64,000 nucleotides of DNA from positions 58,900,001-58,964,000 of the forward strand of contig OZ024744.1 in the NCBI GenBank assembly GCA_964016885.1. Reading direction: 5' to 3'. The notes under the pieces were generated by a model. That model saw nothing but the letters and a program-made list of their open reading frames with translations, did not search any database and had not been told where the DNA came from. Made by a program: the position numbers and the translations under genes. Below are positions 10,721-21,993 of this stretch, piece after piece. Within the stretch, counting starts at the first letter, position 1. Every line of letters begins with the position of its first letter. Source of the DNA: Eledone cirrhosa (Eukaryota).

Positions 10721-13179
10721 TCTTTTCTTTTTTAATGTTTTAAATATTATTTAATTGTAGATATCATTATATCAATTTATACATTTATTTATATAAAGAA
10801 TATGAAGTAGAATTCTATAAGCCTTCTATGTATTGACGTGAAAGTAAAGTCCGATGAAAATGACGATTGTATCTTACGTGTGATGATGTGGTAATGGGCC
10901 ATGTATATGTGTGTGTGTGTTTTCATAAATGAGTTTTACATTTGTATTTTTAGCTTGTTTATTTTTTTTCATTCACTTTAATTACAATTGTTTAACTAAA
11001 ATAGCCCGTACATCGAATCGGCTGATTTTACTTTCACTTCAAAACCGATAAAGATATATGAAGAAGGGGTGGTTGACATGCACATTCCTTCGGATCACTG
11101 GGGGGGGGGGGGGGGTATGCATGAACATACAAGTATTGCCGCCTAAAAATATTGACACAACCTAAAATATTCACGACATAAGTGGGTGAAAACAATAGCT
11201 ACGAGGCAGGAATAGCCAAACACCCTCACCACTTACAATAATAGTGAGATGGGGAGACTGAGAAAACAGAGGCAGTGATAGTGGGAGTTTGGTTCCACTG
11301 TGTTCGTACCTGGAGTATGTGTATATATTTATTTACCACACCACATTAACTTAATATTTAAAAGTGTTTATATTTATGAATAAAAAATGACAAAACCCTC
11401 GCCGTGAGTAGCCCAGCTACCCCTAACGTCTCGAACTACACAGGTTGAAGATATAATTTACCAAAAAATATTAATATCAGTACTTTATTCTGTTAGGCTA
11501 CAGATGCGGTGACACAACCCCCCCACACACACACACACACACACACCCACCATCCTCCACAGTATCTAGGATAGAAGGAACAAAAGAGCCATTGATTGTG
11601 GCGTTCCATATGAGGCATCTACATCTTCCCATCAACCCTGAACCAGCTAGTTCAAGAACGGGGGAAATATCGACTCTGAATAGAAATTGTTTTAGGATTG
11701 GGCTCGAGTTGATGTGGCGAGCAAAGCGCCCTACCGTCTGTAAACATACCATGATAATATATAGTAATTAAAGACATCCATAATTTGCAGGTTCATGCTA
11801 GCAAATGACGTTGTCATGATATTAGTTGACGACGAGATGTAAACATCCGGTTTAAGTGAACGCTTTTTAGTAACGGTAAATTCCTATAGGCTGTCTATCC
11901 GATTGTAATCTAAAAAGTTCATGAAAAAGAACAAACTAAAAGCGAAAAATATGTAGTTAACTGCTAATATATAACTCATTTATTGGAGAAATAATTTTGT
12001 TTATATTTTCCCATTAACACACGTTGGATAACAGTCAATTTCATCGAATTTTACCTTCACTTGTGTAGAGAAAGATAACATTTAGTGACTTTTCAATTTG
12101 AATAAATTTCTTCACCTCATGATTTTTAACTATACAATGTACTCCCGGCATTGTTCGTGGAAACCACCGCATATTCGCGGAATCATAAATATCATCTGCG
12201 ATTTTTTAATGGCTTTTTTTCGTGGCAATATATATTTTTTAACGCTAAATTATTAATAACAATATACCGTATTTGCCAGTCTATATTTTACGTTCTGTTT
12301 TGACGTTTATAAGCATTTTTATTAACCACGTCCGATATTCGCGTTTTTTCACTCTTCGCGGGTGCTAACAGAATTAAATATAGTAATTAAAGACATTGGT
12401 GTTGCTGATAAAAGAAATTATTCACTCCATTTTTATTTATCACCAGAGTAGATCATTTTAAATTACGGTTTATATATATAAATTGTTTTGTATTCTTTTG
12501 GGGAGTTTGTTCACATCTTATCCAGTTGAGTTTCGTAGTTGTATGCAGGCACAAAATTATGTATATAACATAGTGGAAGCGGACTTGTGTCCGAGTACGG
12601 TCACTTCTTGGAAGAAGAAAAAAGAAATATATATATTCTTTTTTTTAAGTATAAATGTGTGTATGAGAGAGAGACGAAGACAATCTCTTGTACAAATGTG
12701 ATACAAGGGAGAACACTCTTATTACGTTAAGGTAAAAAAATAAACAAAATATAACCAAAACAAATACATATATGTGTGTGTGTATATACATATATATAGA
12801 GGGAGAGGGGGAGATTATTAACGAAGATCATTGATATTAACTCAACTGTCCCCGGCCAACGTCTACCTAATTCAATAAATCTGCCAAGTTTCAGTAATGT
12901 AATTGCAACAAGTACTTCAGAGTGCGCACATTTTAGTTAATAGCAGGTTCGGTGGCTGTTTTATGTATGTATATATATCTTCTGCCTGTTGTTATTTGTC
13001 GTTATAGTTATATACAATGGCTACATACATCTAGTCGATATATTAATGATATTAGCCTGATATAACATTATGTGTTAACTCTGTTCTAGAAATTTGTTAA
13101 CTTTTGTAACTGCCTCAAATAATTCGATTAATATCTTTCCAACTGTAGCTACAACTTCGATTTATACCTAATATACCTG

Positions 13180-13740
13180 GTCGCTTCGCCCAGCACACCA
13201 AGCTAAACCTGGTCACTAAGCGAGTCGTAACTCGGGTAAATATCCCCTCAGTTCTGGAGCCGGCTGTATTATCCAAAATTAATGGAAAGACCATATGATC
13301 TTACCCTTTGACCCTTGGTATGAGGTATATATCTCACAGTCGGTGACTCTTTTGCTCCCTTCCACATCATGGATGAGGCGGTATATGTGAGGTCACTGGT
13401 TCCGTTGCCGAACGGAATAAAATCCTAAAATATACCGGGAACTATTAAATAACTTTTTTTCATCCTGTGGCGTTCCAGATATTTGGTGGAGTTGGGCCAC
13501 TGACAGCGAAGGTTTTTCATCGTTGGCGGCTCGTCTTACTGAGGTATCAAGTGATGCTCGTGAGGGTACCTGGTTGTTTCAGCGCCTTAGCCTCGCCATC
13601 ATCTGCGGTGATGCTGCGAGCGTGTTTGTTTGTCTCAAAAATTTCGTTGACCCCTGTGGTGTGCGACTGATTATAGTACTTGGTGGTGAATTGATGGTTG
13701 TTTTTGTTAGTTGTTTTCTCCTGTCTCTTTGAGGTTCCTA
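13180..13740 (+). mobile_element. CRE-like RLE retrotransposon fragment
   Basis: LEPAVL...DSFAPSH...AERNKILKY...FIPVAFQIFGGVG...REGTWLFQRLSLAIICGDAASV. Confidence 0.75.
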
Positions 13741-13974
13741 CCAATAATTAATTGTTTCTACGTTAGGCACAAGGCCAGCAATAACCCAGTGCATTACTGG
13801 TACTTTATTTTATCGACCCCGTAAGGATGAAAGGCAAAGTCAACCTCGGCGGGATTTGAATAATTAATATTATTTATTATGTGTTTATATTTCCATTCTG
13901 TAAGAACTCTAAACAATTTGAAATGTTATTTATACAACTGTGAACTTCGGAAAATAAAATAAAAGAACCTAATA

Positions 13975-15362
13975 TAATCATCATCATCATCATTTTAGGT
14001 CCTCTTTTCCCTGTTTGCAAGGGTGGTACGGCTCCTGTTCAGCATCTCTCCACTTGTCACGGTCCTTCGTCATCTCCACCGTGAGCTTCAGCAATCTGAG
14101 GTCTGCTCTCACCACCTCCGCCCATGTTTTTCGTGGTCTTCCTCTACTACGTCTTCCTTCAACTGGCATTTCTTGGCACTTCTTCACCCATCGGTCATCC
14201 TCCCTGCGCATCACATGTCCATATCATCGCAGTCTCCTCTCCCGCACACTACAATTTATCCCTCACAGACAGTTTCTCTCTCAACACATCCATGCTCGGC
14301 CGTTCACGCACATTTACACTGCACATCCAACGGAGCATGCTTGCCTCATTTATCTCCAGCCGTCGCATATTCTCTGCAGTTGCTGCCCATGTCTCACTAC
14401 CATGCAGCATCGCGCACCTCACACAGGCATCATATAACCGGCCTTTCGTATGCAGGGAGAAACCCTTCTTTGTCAGCAGAGGAAGCAGCTCCCTAAACTT
14501 TTTCTAACCTGTCCTTGTTCTCGATACTATGCCCTCGGAACACTCCCTCCCATGCTAATCTGATCACCTAGGTACCGGAAGCTATCAACCACTTCTATAG
14601 CACCCACCTGCATTTGAAAAATGTGTCTATCAATGTGACTTCTACTGTCAAATTTCCCTGTACATCTACTAAATAAATTCTCTAACTCCTCTACTGATTC
14701 TGCTATAAGAACCAGATCATCAGCATAGAGAAGTTCCCATGGACAGCCAGTCTTAAACTCCTCTGTTATGGCTTGGAGGACTATAATGAACAAGAGCGGG
14801 CTGGGGACTGAACCCTGATGTACTCCTACTTGTATCTGAAACTCCTCACTAAACTCCATTCCTACCCTCACTTTACTGACAGCACCTCTGTACAAAGCTT
14901 GCACTGTCTTCACAAGCCATTCCTCAACACATAGCTTCCTTAGGGACCACCAGATGACAGATCAGGGTACCCTATCAAAGGCCTTCTCTAGGTCAACAAA
15001 AGCTAAGTATAGTGGCTTATTCTTCTCTAAGAACCTTTCTTGTAATTGTCTCACTAAGAAGAGGGCATCTGTTGTACTTTTCCCAGACACAAAACCAAAC
15101 TGCATCTCATCTAGTTTGACCCTTTCTCTAATTAGTTGCGCTATCCTTTCTGCCACTTTCATAACCTGATCCATCAGTTTTATGCCCCTATAATTGCTCC
15201 TCTCCAGAGTATCCCCTTTACCTTTGTAGCAATTTATGAGAATACTGCTGCACCAGTCTTTGGGTATGACACCGCCATATATAGACTGATTGAGAATGTG
15301 TGCAACCAGTTTAGTGCCTACGTCCTCTGATGCCTTCAGCATCTCAACAACTATCCCCGACG
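13975..15362 (-). mobile_element. RTE-clade LINE, 5'-truncated with internal deletion
   Basis: RT motifs [34 protein letters not shown]; C-terminal [12 protein letters not shown]; (ATG)n tail. Confidence 0.92.
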
Positions 15363-15364
15363 GT

Positions 15365-17100
15365 TCTATCCTATGCTATCTTATGTTCCTTAAGGGTTAA
15401 TTTTATACTGGCCCCCACCGCATGTGCAATCATTTTCTTTAGTTCCCTTAAGGAACATATGTTCAAATTTAAAGAAAAAACATATGCCCAAGAGGAGGGA
15501 GCAGCCATTGGTGTTAGCATTGCAGGTGATAGCTAACCTATTCATGGTATGGTGGGACAATAGACTTAAACTTAAACTTAAAGAACAATTAGAAGACAGC
15601 AACCTCTTAACCCTGATAATGTACTCCCGCTACGTTGATGATATAAACATTGTAGTAAAAACACCCCCACTAGAGAAAAACACAATGGAAAGCATCCAGC
15701 AAATAGTTAACTCCATCCACCAGAGTATTAGAGTTACGATAGACTACCCAAGCAAACATCCCAACCATCGATTACCTGTACTAGACACAGAGCTCTGGTT
15801 AGAAACCATTAATAACAAAAAACAAATCCTCCATTCCCATTATGCCAAACCCATGACTTCCAAATATCTGAACCACTGAAACTCAGCTGTTTCGGACCAC
15901 ACCAAAATCAACATACTGATTGCAGATTTGGTACGGGTGATGAGAAATGTGTCCCGCATGTGCAACCCCAAAGAACTAGAGAGACACATACAACACTTCA
16001 TCCACCGTATGCAGTTCTCTGGTTACAATCAGAGAGATAAAATCAGAGTATATAGAGGAGCCAGAACCAAATGGGAAAAAATGGTAAATAATGATACAAA
16101 TGGGACCTGCCCCTTGTATAGGAGCAAATTTTGGAATAGAATAGAAAGAACTAGGAATAAGGTTAATAGAATAAACTCATGGTATGATAGCAATAAATAC
16201 CAGAGTGTAATGTTCATCAATACAACCCCTAGAGGTGAATTAGCTTACAAATTTAGAAGGGCCCTAGATAAACAAACTCAATATTAAAATAGTAGAAAGA
16301 CCAGGTACCTCCATAAAAACACTTATTAGCAATACATACCCTTTTCAAAGACCTCCTTGTATAGATAAGAAATGTATAATCTATAAACTAAGCCCCCATA
16401 TTAACTGTAAAACTAGAAATGTAGTATATAGCATAAGATGTACTGAAGGACAATGTAGAGATAAGAATATAGTGTACATAGGTGAGACAGCTCGTAGTAT
16501 AGGAGAACGGATAAATGAACACTGGCGAGAGCTTCAAGATAGAAAAGAATCATCGGTACTCCACCAACATGCTAAAATAGAACATAAGGGTAAATTAGAG
16601 AATAATAGAAATAAAAATAGAATCTACACACAGAAAAGACGCAATGTTTAGACAAATCACAGAGGCAATAAACATAAATGAACTCCAACCAAAATTAAAT
16701 AGAAAACATGAATGGAATAGCAACATCACAACTTACAATTAAGGACAAAATGAAAACACACACACAGAACAAACAACCAACTAGTAACATGTAAATAAAC
16801 AAATATAAACACACACAGACACCCGGATGTAACACATGCGCAAACTAAACACACAACACACACAAAAACAAGATGGTGTAGGACAGAACAAAGGAGAGGC
16901 ACAAAAACAAAGAAAAGAATCCCCAGTCACTGAAGAGGTCACAGAATGTGTGACGAAAGAACTTTGACAATATATGAACAACCGGAAATTTATAAATTCT
17001 TAAATTTATAAATTTAATTCATAATAAATTGGAGTGAAAGCAGCTGGTGCGTGTGTTTCTTATTGGCAACATGACCCTCCCAAAGCATAACAATATCGGT
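15365..17100 (+). mobile_element. Penelope-like element (Neptune-like): RT C-terminus, Cys-rich linker, GIY-YIG endonuclease and 3' end with hammerhead
   Basis: YAQEEGAAIG, ANLFMVWWD, YSRYVDDI, LPVLD, MQFSGY, CKTRNVVYSIRC..C, YIGETARSIGERINEH, RQITEA, LNRKHEWN; stops and frameshifts present. Confidence 0.9.
16926..16968 (+). ncRNA. Minimal type I hammerhead ribozyme in the PLE 3' end
   Basis: GTCA-CTGAAGA-g GTCACA gaatg TGTGAC-GAAA g aa c TT-TGAC: canonical core with stems I and II intact. Confidence 0.8.
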
Positions 17101-17167
17101 TTCAACACACGTTTTCAGATAAAGAATCTTGCTAAACAAATTCAGAAACGAAATATATATATATATA

Positions 17168-17308
17168 TATTAAAATAACAGATTAAAGTTTAAGCAAAGA
17201 ATCGCTGCTTTCACTCTTAACGGGATCTTCTGAAACTGAGTTTCAGAAGATCCCGTTAAGGGTGAAAGCAGCCATTCTTTGCTTAAACTTTAGTCTGTTA
17301 TTTTAATA
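17168..17308. repeat. ~70-bp-arm near-perfect palindrome formed by two head-to-head PLE end/hammerhead copies
   Basis: ...gatcttctgaaact G agtttcagaagatc... centred on 17238. Confidence 0.92.
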
Positions 17309-17493
17309 AATATTTGCTCTACGATTCTTATATATTTGATATATATTTATCCTTATCAAACCCTCTTTGGATTTTAGTCTTCAAATTTATTATTATTACT
17401 ATATATATATATATATAGGTATTGAAATTTCCGTTGAAAACAGAAAAGGTCATAGAAGTGAAGAGTGCTCTATGTAAGTATCAGAGCAAAATT

Positions 17494-18189
17494 TAATGTA
17501 TAAAAATCAACACAATATAATCCAATATAAATTAGATTGGTCAATTTTGAACCAATCTAAAGAATATGCTAGAGGAACAAGAAAATGCACGCTCTGCATA
17601 AATGAAAAATATTGGATATTGCAAAATTTAAAATCACCAAAGACCTGCCTGAACGCAAAGACGGAAATTTTCACCAGTTGCCCACACATGAAATCACACC
17701 TGCTTTCCAGCTCATATAAGCTTAACACACTTTCAGATACTTATCCTCCATAAACCCTTATTATTCTCTTTATAATTACCTTTTCTGATTTACTTTCATT
17801 TTTATCCTTATCATTAATTTCATTTATTTTTATTTTTATTTTTATTTTTATTTTTATTTTTATATATTATTTTTTTTTTTACTTCACATCCACCAATAAC
17901 CCCCCCCCCCCCCCTTTATTCTCCGATTCACTTACCTAATATTTTCACTTTCCATTTTTTTACTTCCCTATTTCCTTCACTAACTGATTAAACTTGTCAT
18001 TTGTGTTTTCCACTCCAGATATATTTTATTTTTTATTTTTGCGCAGCCAATCTTACAATTTTATAATTTTATATTTGTACTTACTTATCCACAAGTTTTT
18101 TACACCCTGTATCAATGTGGCTGAACGCCTTAATGTGTGTATACCTTCTATATATGTACATGAGCGACTACGTATGTGCGCGCGCGTGC

Positions 18190-18232
<43 letters not shown>

Positions 18233-19018
18233 CGTATGTGTATGTGTCTTTATATCCGTGTTTTTACATCTAGGTTTTTTGTTTTGTTCCTTTTTTCTTC
18301 CCCCCTTCTTTTACTTACTCATTTTTATGCGTGTGCATGCAAACAGGTCAATATGCGTGAGTGTAAGTATGCGTGTGTGTGTACGTATCGAACGTATGGA
18401 TGTGTATATATAAGCATGTATATTTTTGCGTTTCTTATGTGAGATATACGTGTGTGTGTATGTATGTACCTTTTTTGTCTTCTCTTCTTTAATTTTTTCT
18501 TTCTAAATTATTGTTCCATTTTTATAAATATATCGAGATTGATACTTTCCTTTAATTATTAAACTCCCTTACCTCTTTTACTTCCGCATCCAAGTGTACG
18601 TGTGTGTAGGTGTGTTTATGTGCGTGCCTTCATATTCTTATGATGTATCTATTCTGTCTGTAGATTACAGACATACAGATACATTTGCCCTAAATTATAT
18701 ATTTACGCACACTTTTTCACTATACGTATACATATGTGCATACACATATATGCACATCTGTGAGCGTATATACATACATATACACACACCTAACTATTTT
18801 TCTTGAAAGATTATTATATATTTCATATTCTAATTCATTTGTCTATATCTTTTGTGTTTTTTTGTTTTTTTGCTTTTCTTGATGAGACTTTCGAAGTATT
18901 TACCCATGTTTTATATTGCCTCGTCTGACGAACGAATGAAGACGTTTCTTTCGTATTCGCCTCATTTGGGAAACCTCTGGTAATGAGGTAATTATATTGT
19001 GTTGATTTTTATACATTA
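17494..19018 (+). mobile_element. Penelope-like pseudo-LTR (GIY-YIG C-terminus, long UTR, hammerhead, inverted tail)
   Basis: KLDWSILNQSKEYARGTRKCTLCINEKYWIL...LNAKTE...CPH; 17494-17521 is the exact reverse complement of 18991-19018. Confidence 0.8.
18915..18992 (+). ncRNA. Type I hammerhead ribozyme with extended stems
   Basis: ATTGCCTCGT-CTGACGA-a CGAATGA...TCATTTG g-GAAA CC tct GG TA-ATGAGGTAAT: 10-bp stem I, GUA cleavage triplet. Confidence 0.8.
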
Positions 19019-19037
19019 TATATATATATATATATAT

Positions 19038-20710
19038 AAGAATGTGGAAGTTGAAGGACCCCACAGCTTGTAACAAATTCAGAGACATGTTGCTTGATGC
19101 TCTTTTGACAGTAAGGAAGAACGAATAGAGACATACAATATAGGGGAACAGTGAGAATTTCTGAAAGATAACCTACTGAAAGCAACAAACTAAATCTGTG
19201 GTTGGAGCAGGTCTCTAGGGAGAAGTAGAGTGACTTGGTTGTGGAACAGTAGGGTGGAGGAGAAATTTAAGGCTAAAAGACAAGCATGGAAAGAATGGCG
19301 AGATGGGGGAAATAGAGAACACCACCAGGGGGCTAGGAGAAAAGGCGACAAGTATACTTTGCAAGAAGGGAAGCAGAAAATAAAAAATTAAAGCATGTTT
19401 TGCAACAAGAGGACCAAAGGCGTGCGGTGTTCAGGATTGTGAGGCAATGTGTCAGGGGAAATTGTGATGTTGTTGGGGAGAAGTGTGTTCACAATAATAA
19501 CAGAGTACTTGCCCTCACTGATGCTGAAAAGGTGGCATAGAAGTGCCTCTATGAAAGACTGCTAAATGAGGAGAATGAATGGGATGAAGATACTTTGCTC
19601 CCAGTTGACCCAACAGGGACTGACTGTGAAAGTTAGTAGTGTAGTAAATAGAGCAATCTAGCTGGACCTTCGAGGATAGTTGCTGAGATGATGGGACACA
19701 CCATAGTCACCCATATAGTAAACCAAGTAATAGAAAATGGGGTCATACCCAATGACTGGTGTAGCAGCATCATTATCTACTGCTACAAGGGCAAAGGAGA
19801 TGCTCTAGACAGAGAAAACTATAGAGGCATTAAGTTGGTTGACCAGGTCATGAAGGTCAGAGAAAAAGTTATTGCACAGCTGATTAGGGACTGAATTAAC
19901 CTTGATGAAATGCAGTTTGGGTTTGCGCCAGGTAAAAGTACCACAGCGGCTCTCTTCCTCATGAGGCAACTGCAGAAGTACCTAGCTAAAAGTAAACCCC
20001 TCTACTTAGCTTTTGTCGACTTGGAGAAAGCTTTTGACAGAGTCCTCTGTACCATTATCTGGTGGGCTATTAGAAAACTAGGAGTAGATGAGGGGCTTGT
20101 GAAATCTGTACAAGAGGAACAGTCAACAAGGTTAGAATTAACAATGACAATAGTAAAGAATTTAGTATACAGGTGTGTTTTCATCAGGGATCCATCCTCA
20201 GCATTCTCTTGTTTATTATTACCCTACAGGCTACAACAGAAGAGTTTAAGACTGCCTGCCCTAGGGAACTTCTGTATGCAGATGATCTAATTTACATAGC
20301 TAAATCTATGGCAGAATTAGAGAAGAAATTCCAAAATTGGGAGTATGGCCTAGAATCAAAAGGCCTTAAAGTTAACTTGTCAAAGACTAAAGTTTTAATA
20401 TGTAGTAAGGAAAATAGGGTCCTCACACCCTCAGGGAAATTGCCTTGCTCAGTTTGCAGGAAAGGAGTAGGTATAAATTCTATTCTATGTCCCAAATGCA
20501 AGCTAAGGGTATATAAAATATGTAGTGGGATCACAGGCAAGCTAGCAAAGAATGTAGATTTTATATGCGGCCAATGCTCAAGTACAGTAACAAGTGCCCA
20601 CCTGGATACTAGCTCCTTCAAATGCTCAGATGGTTCTATAGAAATAGTAGATACATTCCGTTATCTGGGTGACAAAATCAGCAGTGGAGGAGGGTGTTCT
20701 GAAAGTACAA
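19038..20710 (+). mobile_element. Degenerate RTE LINE fragment
   Basis: [41 protein letters not shown] and a zinc-finger-like CSVC..C..C..C motif. Confidence 0.9.
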
Positions 20711-21759
20711 AATCTGACCCCAAACATATTCAACAGGTCCAAGGCAAAGTATAAAGTAAATGGCATAATTTATATTGTCTAGCTAAGGAGTAAACACCAG
20801 ACTTTGCTTGCAGAGAAAATTATAGATTATGAAACCTCATCTATCCTGACCTATCTAGATAAGATAAAGTTTTCATTATGTCAGCAGATAAAAATGGTGC
20901 AGAGTTTCTACAATTGAGGTCTGTACAGTAAGCTTAGATAAATTATTTAGACAAGGATCTAATAATTTACTGGAAGAAGAAAAACTGTCCTTCTTGTCAT
21001 GGAAAGTCTACAGAAACTGAATTAGTGGGCTAGTTTTGCAGGAATTTAGGGGTTGGGATCGTTATAAACAATGGGTGTTGAGCTTTATTAAAGATTACAA
21101 TTAGGGCAGAATTCGATAATTTTATAAAGGAACTAATGCCACGGAACAAAAAATTGAAGAATGATCTAGTAAGTGCACTTGAAGAGGTATCATAAATGAG
21201 GTGCAGACAGCAAGAATGTATCTCAATTATTTTAACGATGTGAAACGTGAAAGTCACATTGTCCAAGCTAAGGTGGGAAAACTAAAGAGATTGAATAAGC
21301 TCTGGTGGCAAAGGCACAACGTGGAAACAAAGTAAAAAAATCCAATCTGTGGCGGACCATAATCGGCGTATGCATTGGCAGTATCAGTTGAGGGTCGGAC
21401 GCCATGCTCTGCCACATAGAGTTACAGCCATTTGCGGTCTGAGTTCAAATCCCACTGAGGTTAACTGACTTTCATCCTTACGGGGTCGATAAAATAAAGT
21501 ACCAGTAATGTACTGTAATATTTGCTGGTCTTGTGCCAAAATGTAGAAACAATTATCCAATGTGTCCATTTCATTCTTTTTTACGACGTTAAGGTGTGAT
21601 TTGAAAACGATGTAACTGCTATTTCTGGCAGATCGATGTTGAAAATGTAGTGTTTGGTAGAGGTAATGATAATGATGACAATACCAAAGACAACAATGAT
21701 AATGATGACAATATCAAAGACAACAGAGACCATCACGGTGATGGTGATGATGATGATGT

Positions 21760-21850
21760 AACGCGGAAGTAAGTTGTGGTGGTAAGAAGAAGCAGCAGCA
21801 GCAGCAAAGACGTTGGTAGTTGTCCCCCTTCAAATAACGGAAGTACTGAC
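21760..21850 (+). promoter_or_regulatory. Putative OCIAD1 core promoter with two ETS-type CGGAAGT motifs
   Basis: gcggaagt (~21762) and acggaagt (~21837) lie 40-120 nt upstream of the ATG, as is common in housekeeping promoters. Confidence 0.5.
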
Positions 21851-21882
21851 ATAATTATTACCAGATAGGAAAACATTTGGTC

Positions 21883-21993
21883 ATGGACGGAGGTCACCCG
21901 GCTAAGGGCGGCGGCGAGGATACCGATAAAATTGGTTCCTGGAAGAATTTTAAGAATCTTTACCCAGAATCAAATAACCCGCACTTGCCTCAG
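21883..21993 (+). CDS. OCIAD1: OCIAD1 coding exon 1 (putative)
   Basis: GC-richer [43 protein letters not shown] ends at cag|gtgaat in phase 0, matching exon 2, and lies just downstream of ETS-like motifs. Confidence 0.75.

Larger units (their letters stand above)
190..13175 (-). pseudogene. Decayed ionotropic glutamate receptor / IR-like gene (ATD-S1-M1-M2-M3 remnants)
   Basis: Minus-strand exon-like pieces occur in the expected domain order. ATD: ~13030-13175 (LFEAVTKVNKFLEQS), 12055-12129 (LNVIFLYTSE), 11750-11909 (in-frame TAG; MDVFNYYILSW), 11237-11309, 10159-10198, 9944-10037 (DYIGNSGFEYF ~ FxGLTGxxxF). S1: 8890-9023 (ICYITTILQ/DP ~ LIVTTILEDP) and ~8250-8418 (IERCLIDL...NLQGIVYMLIQK ~ FEGYCIDL...WNGMVxELIxxK). 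Pre-M1: ~1380-1510 (ALLRPFNL). M2/M3: ~190-405 (FSMAN...SLARNVISGV...ICAAYT). Several stops and frameshifts. Confidence 0.55.

Noticed and set aside
11498-11752. 84-aa minus-strand ORF as the first exon of a new gene
   Set aside because: Its ATG overlaps a strong donor (TG|gtatgt) of the receptor-like exon; the rest is better explained as intron running into a (GT)n repeat
11237-11817. ELOVL-like N-terminus (MDVFNYYILSW...PLFSQSP)
   Set aside because: The frame continues upstream to an acceptor and further exons, and no ELOVL HxxHH or transmembrane exons follow; an iGluR ATD fits the whole series better
20710-21340. Possible DNA-transposon or gene remnant after the RTE fragment
   Set aside because: Looks coding-like, but I could not recognise any motif or terminal repeats
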